The position numbers and the translations under genes are program-made. Shown here piece after piece: positions 52,060-64,000 of a DNA stretch of 64,000 nt; the stretch's first letter is position 1, and each line of letters starts with the position of its first letter. The notes beneath the pieces are model-generated. The model ran no database searches and was not told the DNA's origin. It was given only the letters and a program-made list of their open reading frames with translations. Location: the NCBI RefSeq assembly GCF_023055435.1, contig NW_025964223.1:28210001-28274000 (forward strand), given 5' to 3'. The stretch is from Haliotis rufescens. Taxonomy: Eukaryota.

Positions 52060-52960
52060 TATACATCATTTATTCACTTTCATTCACATGTACACATGGG
52101 CGCACATCACCAATTCGTACACACACCCGCTTTCAGCTTTACATAGTCACACTAAGTTACAATCATAATATAAATGTACACTTTGTGATTCTGTAATAAT
52201 TTAACACCATTCACTTCATACCATTTGTGATACGCAACAACCACAACGATGACACGTGGCCTTGTTGCCAAACAAACACTTCCGCTTGTTAAACGTCTTT
52301 GTTTTTGTTTCTCAAGTGACGTCTATTTATGTAGTCTTATACATTACGTCATTTCAGAAACACTCACTTCGCCATCTTGTAACTGCACACGGTACGCGAT
52401 TATGCTCACAAAAGAAATACACACCATCCCTTCCCACACACTTCCGCACCTTCTTTTACATTGTAGCTTAAACGTACTATACTGTTAGTGTTGTCATTGT
52501 TATCGCTGATTACGTCTTATATCACAAGAAAGCCCGTCAGGTGTGGCAAGGTTTGGACGGGCGCTGGGTGGTTTTGCTTGTGTGCTCGGTTGCCTGCTTG
52601 TACAGTGGGAACCCCATTCCAGTCCACGAACTTCCGTGGTTGGACGTCTGCTGTACGTGATGTTCGCTGCTGCTGCGGGGGGGTTATCTCCCTCTGCTCG
52701 GTCTAGCGCCCGGTTCCGTCTTCCACACCTCGGTGCCGTTGTCCAGAGCGCTAAGGTGATCGTACCTCAACTACCTTATCGTAGATTTACAACAGCCGTA
52801 GCGCAAAGGTTGTTGTGTACAATGGCACCCTTTTGTATCCAAACATTCTTGTCTGGTGTCATTCTGAAATAGTACATAACAGGTCGGTCGATAACAACAT
52901 TCGTTTCTGGTCAGTAACGTCATCATTTACGGTGCTGCAGAAGATTTAGGTTGCAACGAC
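52060..52960 (-). mobile_element. Possible Gypsy-type pol C-terminus + LTR relic
   Basis: Weak RM..W..G.IV and RRNR motifs, a purine tract GGGAAGGGA before TG, and a downstream AATAAA. Confidence 0.3.
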
Positions 52961-52993
52961 TACTTGGGACCATTGAGCTCTAATTATTATGTA

Positions 52994-54331
52994 TAGTCTG
53001 CAAAAAGGAAACGCAAAAGTATTAAATCGTAAATATCTGACAGAGTGTTGCCAACATCTATACAAAATTAGTATCAAAAATGAATTGGTAATTTCTGCAT
53101 GAATGGGGTTGATGTGTGTGGAAAACATCACGTACTGCAGAAATTGGGTGAAAAGATGGAAATATCGCAAAAACACAACGACGTGAGACGAAACGCACCA
53201 ATGTGACATTACTTGTTGGGCTATAAAAGTTGGGTTCTCATTTGATTGACATCATAATCTTACAGCAAGGGAACAGCGAAAACATGCCACGACTGACGGA
53301 AGCCCAACGCAACAACGCCATCGGCCGACTGCAAATGGAGAATAATCTTCTGCTGAAGCCTCGTAACACTGAGCACCATTACAAGACTATGGAACCGTTA
53401 TCAGACAGATCCGGTCGACCACGTAACACTACAAGAGCACAGGACAGGACAGCACAGAACATACGGTTGCTTCAATTATGTGAAAGAACCATCACGACAA
53501 CCTCTACAGATACGGCAATACCAGGATTGCGTAGGATATCAGCCCAGACAGGTAGGAACAGGTAGACACACTGAAGGTATTCGCGCTAGAAGACCAGTTC
53601 ATTTTGGATGGACCTGCATCGTCGGCTGCGACGTCAATATTGTCAAGGTCACAGAGTATGACCACAACTGTGATGGAGACAGGTTTGGTTTAGCCGTGCG
53701 GATAGTAGAGGGCGTGTTTGCAGGCGTCGCGGGAAACGTTATGCACGAAACTGCATACAAGAAATGGATAGAATTGGTTGTGGTCTTGTGATGATGTGAG
53801 CTGCCATCTCCTACTCTGGTAGAAGAGACTTGGTCCACGTTTTGGGGAATTTAACGGCACAACGTTACACGGATGAGATTCTTCAGCCACACGTCCTTCC
53901 CATTATGCAATAAGCAAATGTCATTTTCCAATAAGGCGACGCCCAACCTCACACGGCAAGACTGGCAACAGCCTTTTTCAGGAATCAAAACATCAACGTC
54001 CTACGATGTCCCTCCAGTTCTCCAGATTTAAACCCAATCGTACATTTATGGGATGCTCAGGGTCAACAACTGCGAGCACGTCAGCAACAACCACAGAACC
54101 CCCGACTGTTGGCACAATCATTCGGGATCTTGATTGCTTCCATGTGACGACGATGCCACTCAGTTTTGGACTCTAATGTTAGCCATATAATATATGAGTT
54201 CATATGACCTTTACCTAGAGAATCTAATGTTCCATGGAACCTGAGTCAATGGCAATACAATCTGTTGATTATTTATATGATATATAAAATATACATCTAA
54301 AATAACTTTGCGTTTCTTTTTTTGCAGAGTG
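52994..54331 (+). mobile_element. Full-span but heavily decayed Tc1
   Basis: TIRs (C)ACTCTGCAAAAA.GAAACGCAAA with TA flanks; MPRLTEAQRNNAIGRLQ at 53284, SGRPR and SPDLNPI. Confidence 0.88.
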
Positions 54332-55112
54332 TACATGCAATTGAACACGCGATTTTATATGACATGGCGATTTATTAAACTTTGACCTAAGAAGGGTCTA
54401 ATAATCCACAATTTGCAATAAGGACGGAAGGTAATTCGAGCTGACGGTTGCTGCAGTTTACTTGAGACACGGTTAGAGTCAGGGATGCTAAATATAGTGC
54501 TCGTCAGCTTGCACTTTATCGACAGTGTGTACTACGTTGACATGTATCAAGGACGGTAAAACAGAATTATACAGACTAACAGACAGGTTTATTCAGAATT
54601 ATAGCCATATGACCAAGAGAAAAAAATGATCATAAATCATAATATATAATTGTTAAGTGAACATACAGTAATTACAGCTCCTTGGATATGATATTAAAAA
54701 CATGATTTATATAAACAGCCACTGAAAGGTTATCTTGAGAGTTGATAGCATCTATCATTCAAATCTCAGATTAATTGACATTATTCAAGAAAGAAAGACA
54801 TGTAGACCTTAATAGGAATACTTCTTGCACTTAAATAAGACACGGAATTCATCTTCAATTTCACCTCAAAAGGTACACTATTACCAACATCAAAATCATT
54901 AGATTTACGACACATCTTTGCATTGAATTTATGAAATGGAATTCTAGATTTATAAAAATATCTTATTAATGATTTGTCTAGTAAGACAGATAAATACATT
55001 TCAGGTTACGCTACGCGGATTCATACAGTTTGCACATTGGTTTTTCGATTCATACCTTAATGAACCGAAAAAATACACAGTCAATCCTTAAGTAAATATT
55101 AGATTCCTTACT

Positions 55113-55296
55113 ATACCCCACTCAGACACTGACTCCGAGCCGTCCAGTACTTGTTTTAGCCCTTAATGCCGAGCGCCTGACAGGGTAACAACAAATACCA
55201 TCTCTTAACGTCTTTTGGTATGACGCGGACGGGGATCGAACCCCGGACCTTCCGCTCTCCGGGTGGACGCTCTATCTCTTGACCACGGAGGCGGTC
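55113..55296 (-). mobile_element. SINE family D head (tRNA-derived, Meta/MESC-like central domain)
   Basis: GACCGCCTCCGTGGTC...GGTTCGATCCCC, then GTCATACCAAAAGACGTTAAGAGATGGTATTTGTTG...GCGCTCGGCATTAAGGG. Confidence 0.8.
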
Positions 55297-55329
55297 GAAG
55301 GCACAAAAAACGACCCATCGATTTGCATA

Positions 55330-55492
55330 CAGTAAACTACGTTTATAACGAAGACGCTTATAACGAACTGACGGATATAACGAACTGTTTTTTGGTCCCG
55401 TCTATTTGCTGTTAATGTGCTTAGAACGAACTACGGTTATAACGAACTCAATTTAGAGGTCCCTTTGAGTTCGTTATAACCGTAGTTTACTG
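55330..55492. mobile_element. pogo/Tigger-type MITE (copy 2)
   Basis: TA|CAGTAAACTACG...CGTAGTTTACTG|TA. Confidence 0.92.
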
Positions 55493-55529
55493 TATATATT
55501 TCGAGCACAATAACTGTAAAATGTACATA

Positions 55530-56109
55530 CAAGAGGCGTTTAATAAGTTTTGCAACTTCAATATAAGACCAAGTCGCAGAATATCATTTTCACTTTTATT
55601 TATCAATATAATCTCCTTTCACCTCAATACACTTATTCCATTTGTCCTTCAAGCTGTGGATACCACTCTTTTAGAAATCCGCAGATTGGCCCTCTAACCA
55701 CGCCTCTGTGCCAGCCTTTCTGTCCTCGTCATCCTGGAAGCGTCTTCCGCGTAGGGCAGATTTCATTTGCCGGAACAGGAAATAGTCACTGGGGGCTAAG
55801 CCTGGACTGTAGGGTGGGTGATTTAAGTGTTCGAATCTACATTCACATATGACGGCCTGTGCAATTCTCGACTTGTGAACCGGAGCATGTAAGAAACTTT
55901 ATCACAGCGCTTTGTTCATGTTTGAGAGAATCCATGATTGTGACCATCCTTAGGTGAATGAAGCCATCACATCTAGCTTATTGTTGTGTCTGGAACTTGT
56001 TATGACACGTGTCAACCTGATGTTATGACTAGTGTCACACCTGCAACAAGTTGACATTGTTTGTGTAAACACAAATGCCCAAGTTGCAAAACTTATTGAA
56101 TGCCGCTCG
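55530..56109 (-). mobile_element. mariner deletion derivative
   Basis: ~29-bp imperfect TIRs sharing AATAAGTTTTGCAACTT, with TA flanks. MDSLKHEQSAVIKFL is joined to APVH...HPPYSPGLAPSDYFLF...WNKCIEVKGDYIDK*. Confidence 0.9.
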
Positions 56110-56129
56110 TATTATCATCAGTTGAATAA

Positions 56130-58640
56130 TTAGTGCGAAAACCAACTTGAGATTCCAATGTATAATAGTTAATTTTCATCCATGTTCACAACCTTGTTTA
56201 TAACACCGAAGTAAATAACTATAAGAGAAATACCGCTGTAATTATTTGGGTCCAGATTTGTATAAAGGGGTGATCATTCATGGGTTTTTCTACGAAGAAG
56301 GAAAAATACCTGTATCTAATACTTTGCTATGTAGTAATTTAAAAAAGGGAATGAGGATAGGTCCCGTACACTTTAAAAGAAACTCTGGATGTAATCCGTC
56401 CTCTACAGGTGCTTTGCCGAGTTTCAGATTGGAAATTTCATCTCTCTCGTATGAAGTGATTTCGTTTGATAAAGTTACAATAAAAACCGCATTGCAATTT
56501 TCACAAGAATGGTTATCAAGAAATAGGGAAACGGAATTCAGAAATATCTTCTCTACTGACGGGGTTCAATAAAAAAAATCAAAATAGGATGCCCACACAT
56601 CAGGTGATGTGGTATTACTTGAGCTCTTGTTTTGAAGGGCACGTTGAAGTGTATCCCAGAATCTCTCACAGTCAATGTCCTTTGAGGTTCCGTTTATATA
56701 CTGAACTGTAAAGAAGGAAACGTCACCATGGACATATATATGAGAAACCTTATTTGTCCAAACACTGTAAACATACTTTGAGACATATCAAAAAGATGAA
56801 ACTTTGCAAAACTGATCATCAAGGTTGAAATTAAAGTGTCAAATGTTCTTAAGGTGAAACACAACAGTAGTCCCTGAGAAAATCGCATCACAAGTCAGTA
56901 TCCCGTGTGTCCTCCATGTGCACTGATGACTGCCGTGCATCGAATAGATGAGGCGCTTGATAAAGGCCATAGGCACTTGAGCCCACACTCTGAGGATCAT
57001 CTGGCGCAGTTCAGCTGCAGTTGTCGGCCTTCGTCGGATGTCAATTCATCCGTCTTTGAATCTAGACCCACAGGTGCTCAATGGGATTAAAATCGGAACC
57101 GAGGGCAGTCCACTGCATGGTTCTGATGCCATTCTGCTGGAGGAAGTCTCCTGTTGCTCTCGCAGTGTGGGCACGGGCGTTATCATGCTGAAACTCGTGG
57201 TTGCGGCGACGTGCCAAATGAGGTATGGCGTGTGGTCTCAAGACTTGATCTATGTACCGAGCTGCTATGACACCATTGCCTCTCCCTGGACCGATGTTCT
57301 GGACGACCACAGGGCCGACCCTCTGTGCAAAACCAATTCCACCCCACACCATGATGCTCGGACCAACCCACGCGTCTCTCTCATTATCACAAGCATCCGA
57401 ATAACGTTACCCACGGCGTCGCCAGACTCTCTCTCTCTCTGCTAACTGCTGTTGAGATACAGCAACGGCTCTCGTCTGAGAAAAGGACTCTTCTCCATTG
57501 CTGGTGGCGCCAATGCTTGTGCTGTGTTGCCCACTGATCATGAAGACGGTCCCGGCGATGACGTGGTGTCAGAATGGGTCCTCGGTGTGGCCTGTGACAG
57601 TGGAGGTGTCTGCTCGTCAATCGTCGATGCACGGTGTCCGCACTAATGTGTCGCTGGTGTGTCCCCATGGTCTGTTGAGCAGTTTCCGCAGCAGTAACAA
57701 AGCGATCTTGAAGATGCTGTCGCACAGTCTGACGATCCTTACGTCGGGTGGTGACCCTTGGTCTTCCACTACGTGGTCGGTCATCTGCAGTGTTGGTGGT
57801 CTGGTACCGTTGCTTGAGCCTGTAATTGACCTTTCATGGACTTGAAATGCATTTGCTACTTGGAGGTCGGTTTGACCAGCTTGCAATCGTCCAAGGGATT
57901 GGTGTTGCTGATTTCGTGTCAATCTTGGCATGTGGTAGCAATTCAATAACGAATGAATGTTGTCCGATCTGGGTGGCTTTTTATAGGACAAGAAATGGGA
58001 GAACGCATGTGCATTTCAATTTGCACGGAACTCACGTGCATAATGTTACCATGGCCGTTGCCGTGATGCGTTTGGTCGATCGGTTTTATTGTCATCTGCG
58101 TTCATTTTTCCGGTCAAGGTAATGTTGAATTTTAGATTCTTTGACAAAAATTACCCAGATATTTAAATGACAACTTTTCATGCAATGTTACTTGGGGGTG
58201 ACGTTTCTTTTGCGGTTCAGTATATTATCACTTATTTTCATATTCTTCTTTCGTTCACAACACCTTTTGTAATCTGTCTCAGCGTCAATATATTTTCGTA
58301 AATTTAACGTACAGTTATATTTTCTGAACATGTTCAATAGCCTATACTTATCAGATTTGAAATGAGCACAGTCTTTATCAAACGAAGTAGGCTCTAAACT
58401 CCTAGTTTCCTTAGATCTTGTACCATAAACTCCTCCATTTAAAGGAGTATGGATAATAATTTCAGATGATTTGTTAATGTTTTCATCTAATATCACTGAG
58501 AATTCTTCATACATAATCTGACTTGTATTATTCTGGAGATATTGGGAGTGTGACACAAAAGTTTCAACTGGTCTTATATATCTAGCAACGGTCTCAAAAA
58601 CAGAATAAGAGCCACCATTTAATTTTGAAATATATGATGT
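56130..58640 (-). mobile_element. RTE-X-like LINE relic split by a Tc1 insertion
   Basis: FDKDC..K.DKYRLLNMFRK on one side of the Tc1; FWDTL, GKAPVEDGLHPEFL, VLDTGIFP, ITPLYKSG and SQVGFR on the other. Confidence 0.75.
56699..58222 (-). mobile_element. Tc1, full length, defective (transposase 57931-56895)
   Basis: TIRs TACTGAAC..GAAACGTCACC with TA flanks; MPRLTRNQQHQSLGRLQAG, VLFSDESR, MVWGGI, FQHDNARAH and DFNPIE. Confidence 0.93.
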
Positions 58641-60524
58641 TCATCCATTACCTTCAGCCGGGGTTTTCATGTGTGTATAGATGATAAAGGCCCACACAGA
58701 ATATGTTCATATACTGTTACTGTTATACTCAAAGCAAATTCAGATGTTACCGATATTGTTTTCACTTGGATGTTTTCCCACTTGTCTCTCTTGGACATGT
58801 TATGTTTTGATGAACTTAAAAGCAACATTTATCTTGTTTAAGTCTGCGCATTCGTATAATTATACATTTGTTTCGCTTTATTAACATTTATTATTATTAT
58901 TTTTCGTGTTTTATTAACACGCATGACCAAGCAAGTTGAGAAATTTGTATTTTGTATCTTGTCTATATGCACATGAAGAAAAGCTAATGTTTTCTCTGGT
59001 ACTCAGTGTTTTAAGTAGTATACAATACCGAAGTATACCGAGTATCAAACAAGCATGTCCATGTGAGACGTAGAAGTCGAACACTGTTTGGCACATACCC
59101 TAAACTTCTCTATCGATAAAACGAAACTAATTCAATATATACATTTACTCAGTGTCAGACATAAAGAGCCCATTTTGATGTCATTGTCAATTTGATTCGT
59201 GAGAAACGAATTTCGGGTAAAGTTTAGTCAGAACACATGAACGGCCAGGCATTTTCATATTTGTTTTTGTTTTGTTGTTGTTTTTTGTGGGGATCTTGAG
59301 GTTTAAGAGATTTAATCATACTCAAGCCGAGCCAACCATTTACACTTCTTGTGTCACGTTTCAAAGACTGCTGGCGTATTGAGTCATCTAATGCCAAACC
59401 GTGGTGAGTGGTTACAACACTACGAGATTACTCAGTGAGCTTAATTTGGTTACAGCACTGCGTGTTTAAATTGAGACAGCTTTCAAGTCATCAGGATGAA
59501 AAAAGCTAAGCCAATCTCATCTAGATCTGATCGCGTCCAATGTCATTATACCGCCAGAGAGCCACACATATAACTACGTAACATGGCGTTATGTAGTACA
59601 TAACACCACTTGATTCCGAGCTCCGACATTACCTTGCTGGCAATACTGCTCTCGACAATGTCCAATAAATACATTTTGCCCATTTTTCCCCGGCTATGCT
59701 TATTTAATATTCACGTATAGTAAAGGTACTTCATTATTACTTATGCATTTGATTCAGAAAGATGTTGATAGGGATCTCTGCAAAATATTTCATCATACTT
59801 CATCTGTCAAAACCAACCGTGGGAGTATTACATGTACGTATTCATTTGTGTTAATCACCACGATCTAATGTAAAGATGGAACAATCAAATATCTACACCG
59901 TGGACTTCAAACCGGTTTAAGAAAAATGCTGGTTTTTAAATTGAAGAAAACATGACTCCAACAATAACATAAGTTGGTTTTGAGAAATCAGGGCCAGTAC
60001 ATGTACTTGTCTACACCGACGAAAAAATGAGACTAAGTGGAAATGTAAAAAAATGATAATATAAGGGTAATGCTATTTTTCAGGGCATTATCATTTGCAG
60101 AAGCCTGCCCGACGAAGGAGGGCAGTTGAAAAGACCGAGGGGATATAACATGTTTAAAATGAAATATTAACGACATAAAGGTGCATTTTATTTTGTATTA
60201 ATTTGTCTTTTATATAGAAAATTGAGATGCATAGTTATTAAGAAATATTATTATGTAAACCCATCAGTATTCAAATTGGTTGAGTTATTTACATCTAATA
60301 GTATTGGTTGCCAAAGATATTTATCCATATATATCTGTGAATCTTTATAATTAAGAAACAATAATTAAGTTAAAATTAATATCTACTGTGTATCTTCGAC
60401 GAAATTCAGAACTTTCTTATGTAGAAATAATAATGTATTGTCATCACAATTGTGTTCATTTCGCCAAACATCCTATAATATCTTGTGTATGTGGCCAGAT
60501 AACAAATATGGATTGAGTCAAAAT

Positions 60525-60585
60525 TCTGTCTTTCTGTCTGTCTGTCTTTCTGTCTAACTGTCTGTCCTCCGTCTGTCTGTCTGTC
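60525..60585. repeat. Imperfect (TCTG)n microsatellite
   Basis: Repeated TCTG units. Confidence 0.85.
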
Positions 60586-61528
60586 GTACAGCACGTTCAT
60601 GCGTTTACGGCTGCTAATAAAAATGCAAAATGCAAAATAGACAGCTGACCACTTTTCATGACTCGAAATCACAGTGCACGATGTAGAGGGTACTTGGGAT
60701 TTATGTGTCAACTAGTACAGGCCAAATTTATGCGCCCTTACTTTAAATCTTTTTCACAAGACAGTGTACATCCCCAAAATGTATGATGTTTATATTCCGC
60801 TATGGCAGTGGCAAGTTAAATATCAAACAAACCTCTCTCAGCCTTTCTGAGAAATTATGTTGGCTAAAAATGAAACATACAAGACGTTTTTCGATGGTTG
60901 TGATGCTGATATGTGATACGGGTACCATAGTTGTGCTTTGGAACTTACGTTTGGAGTGTTTCAGCTTACTTTAGTTTTGATAACGTTTGTAATTTTTTTG
61001 GTCAAATCCAATTTCCAGGTCTATACTTTGTTTTGCCCGGCAGATTATGTCTATTCTCTTATTTTATTGCATGAACTACAACGATGACATTAGTATTTGA
61101 TCTGAGACAATGGAAGGAATAATAATGTAGCACAAATTTGCCATGAATAGTAGTTTGATAACTGTTTCAAATGTCAACGCCTTATTACCTCCGAACATTT
61201 GATAAAGCGGTTATTTATATTATAATTAGAAACAGAACACAAACTGGCAACTTTCACGATGCCTACTTATTATTGTGTCAACGCATGAATCATTCACACA
61301 ATAATTTATTTCTTGTTTTATAAGACAAAGAGTCCTTCTTTGTGAACATTAGAGAATTTATCATAAGAAACTGGGATGATGAAAAGTAAAAGGTCAAATA
61401 ATGTTAACGTTCAAAACATTGAAAATAACTGCACATGTCCATGAATATTGATGGATTAGGTTATTTGTGAACCTGTCGTTATTCGTTAGTGTTTGGAGAA
61501 AACAGATATTATGATACCAAATGCTATT

Positions 61529-61695
61529 CCCCAGCTAACACACAACATTTTCACAACGTTGTGGTAATGTTGAGGATTTGTACCGCCTTGATATAACGTG
61601 TTCACAACGTTGCACATTTACATTGTGAACAAGTTGTGCATCGGACATCACACGTTTTTGTAACTACGTTTCTGAAACGTTGATGAAACGTTATA
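61529..61695. mobile_element. One end of an EnSpm/CMC-like non-autonomous element
   Basis: Starts CCCAGCTAACAC, followed by subterminal CACAACGTT/AACGTT repeats; no partner end seen. Confidence 0.5.
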
Positions 61696-61749
61696 CAGTC
61701 TCCTTCATGATAGTCGTATTGGAATAGAATTTCTTCATCAAGGTCAATT

Positions 61750-63060
61750 TAATTGCGTCAGAAAACCAAATATAAGTGATTGCCATATTTCTTCTGATTG
61801 CCACTTTTTGCACTTGCAGCAAAGTTCACTCTCATCACGCTGTGATTCTTCGGTATCTGTCGCGTCTGCATCAAGGACTGCCGCGTTACTGGCACCAAAA
61901 GTAACCGGAGTCGTTGAAGTGGAAGTGTTGTTGTGGAAGATGTAGTAGACGTCTCAGCTCTTGTCGTGAAAACAGTTGATGAAATGTGCTCTGTTTAACT
62001 ACATCCATGGTGAACAGGTTTATGCTGGATTTCCTGAAAGCAGACTGCAGATTTATTGGTGTAAGGGCAGCACAGTGAGCTTTGCATGCGACTATTGAAT
62101 ATTTGTCAATCTCAGACCTTACATGTTTTCTGGTGAGTTGTACATTCTCTCGAAAGGACCAAAACATCCAACGTTCATATGCATAGGCTGGAGGATATGC
62201 GACGTATTCGCTGGCAAGATGAAGAGAATAATGTGTGTTTACCTTGCCCACTCGATACGTGACAGCGATACATGTTAGTTATAGCCATCATGAAGACCCA
62301 GGACCGGATTATCTGCCGTAAGCTATACACAGTCCTTGGTGTTGAATCCACCTGAAGTACCGAAGTACCGGGATTTCATCATGTCAAATGTTCGTCCCTC
62401 AATCGCTGACCCTAAAACACAAGTTGGGAGGGGGGACATTACTTTCATGATTTAACTTATAACTTTATATCTCTTTATGCTTATAAATTATGTAAATCTG
62501 TATGTACATTTTGTAAACGTAAACATGCAAAAGAAATGTTGTATGATAATAGACTGAGGTTGTGTTGTACTTGTCCAGGATCGTCTGTTCGTAAGAATAG
62601 GTGTTGACCGTCTTTTTCGAAGTAGCGGTTGCTCTCATGATCTCCAAAGAGCGGGGCAACTACACTCTAAGCCCTGGCCATCTCCAAAGAAACTGTAAAA
62701 CCACAAGTGAAAGAGGCTTGTCATCTTTTGGTTTCTTCCTTCAGCAGACGGCAAGATTGGTAGCTAAAGCTGGGACCTCTGCATGAAAATAACCATACCA
62801 AAGAGTAGACATCATCTTCACATGAGACACGAGGCTTTGTTCCTCCTCTAAGGATAACAACGCATTGGGTCCCGGTCCCCCACATTCATCAGAGACTTTT
62901 CCACAACGTCAATTGTGAAGAGACGAGTAGGGCACGGAAAACTGTCTTGCTGCACTTTTGAGCCCATTCCCGCTCATGACTGCCACATTATATAGCTCGT
63001 CCATGCTTTTTGGTGGATACGGCTGGTAATTTACCTTCCCTGATCTGTAGGAGCCTTAAT
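61750..63060 (-). pseudogene. pogo/Fot1-like DDE transposase relic (HTH_psq + CENP-B-like HTH + DDE_1)
   Basis: KSAARQFSVPYSSL, GPNALLSLEEEQSLVSHV, RWPGL..PRSLEIMRA, PPQLVF.G, PVLGLHDG..HVS..IEWA..IILFILPA and ALTPINLQSAFRK; many stops. Confidence 0.85.
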
Positions 63061-63424
63061 ATCACAATAAACACTATCATGGCGTCAACATAAAACATTA
63101 TAAAATAATCCGCAGATAGTACGAATGATAAAAGAAAAGCCCCAGCTGCCTTTCCATACAATTATATTTTTAGTGAGAGTATCAGACGATCTGTCACTTA
63201 CGTTTTTGACAGCACTAAAACTTATTTTAACAATTCTTTCGTAGTGTTGAGTTATGTTTTAGGGATCTCTGTTTCAAACTGGTATATTCGTCAAGTTTCA
63301 TCAATAGCTTGATCCTGAGCATTTTGTCACGGCGGGGGCAGCGACACAGTGCTTGCTGATAAGTAAGCTGCCAGTGACGTCACATCTCGTAAAATATCAA
63401 GAACAACGATTCTAAATGGCCCTA

Positions 63425-63821
63425 CGGAAGCGTAGTAGGGCCACGGTGAAAATGTTTTTTTGTCTAAGTATCTCCTACGTAGGACTTAGTATCTTCTACA
63501 AAGGACTTAGTATCTCCTACATAGGATTTATTTTCTCCTACGTAGGACTTAGTATGGCCTAGAATCACTATCTCCTACGTAGGACTTAGTATCTCCTACG
63601 TAGGACTTGCTAAGTAGTACGTAGGAGAAAGTTATTCTAGTCCATACTGCCCTACGTAGGAGATAGTAAGTCCTACGTAGGAGATAGTAAGTCCTACGTA
63701 GGAGATACTAAGTCCTGCGTAGGAGATAGTAATTCTAGGCCATACTAAGTCATACGTAGGAGATAAGTAAGTCCTAGGTAGAAGATACTTAGACAAAAAA
63801 ACTTAACCGTGGCCCCACTAC
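63425..63821. mobile_element. Foldback non-autonomous DNA transposon with 21-bp tandem units
   Basis: TA|CGGAAGCGTAGTAGGGCCACGG left end and CCGTGGCCCCACTAC right end. Each arm is built of TATCTCCTACGTAGGACTTAG units, in opposite orientation. Confidence 0.85.
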
Positions 63822-64000
63822 ATCTGACCCAGCGGAAAAATACATCGAGCGAAAACATGACGATAGGATACTTTTCCAGTCACTGTAGATCGTCCAATGT
63901 TGTTATTAATGGTGTTACGACATAAACCATGATGTATGTTGTGGTGAAGGAGGTCTGAGTTTGTTTTCCCCATATAATTATTATGTTGGATACAAAGGGT

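Noticed and set aside
63460-63790. CRISPR-like short palindromic repeats
   Set aside because: The units are contiguous, lack spacers and flip orientation midway, as expected for a TE foldback.

Overview
This is eukaryotic (animal) genomic DNA: AT-rich, with two assembly gaps (24881-25113 and 39127-39425). The SINE and LINE repertoire suggests a marine invertebrate, probably a mollusc (inference only). I found no intact host protein-coding gene, rRNA, true tRNA or CRISPR array. The window is a dense, nested graveyard of transposable elements. DNA transposons: about 10 Tc1 (DD34E) copies or relics from several families (one nearly intact at 43298-44787), a deleted mariner, a pogo-like transposase relic, several MITEs, a Helentron/HINE-like fragment and Crypton-like palindromic elements. 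Retroelements: L2-, RTE-X-, Tx1/L1- and Rex1-like LINE relics, a DIRS/Ngaro-type RT relic and four SINE-like families. There are also micro- and minisatellites. Most worth a second look: (1) a ~292-nt tRNA-containing unit with a hammerhead-ribozyme-like core and a partial tandem end (retrozyme-like); (2) a Tc1 clade with a 7-aa GRG loop insertion; (3) parallel poly-G expansions at the same transposase motif in two different Tc1s; (4) a diverged ~1.1-kb tandem duplication with a strongly conserved YY1/Kozak-like core; (5) a possible + strand spliced transcript that would run antisense to most TEs. All family names come from my own motif recognition, not from database searches, and element boundaries without TIRs or TSDs are approximate.
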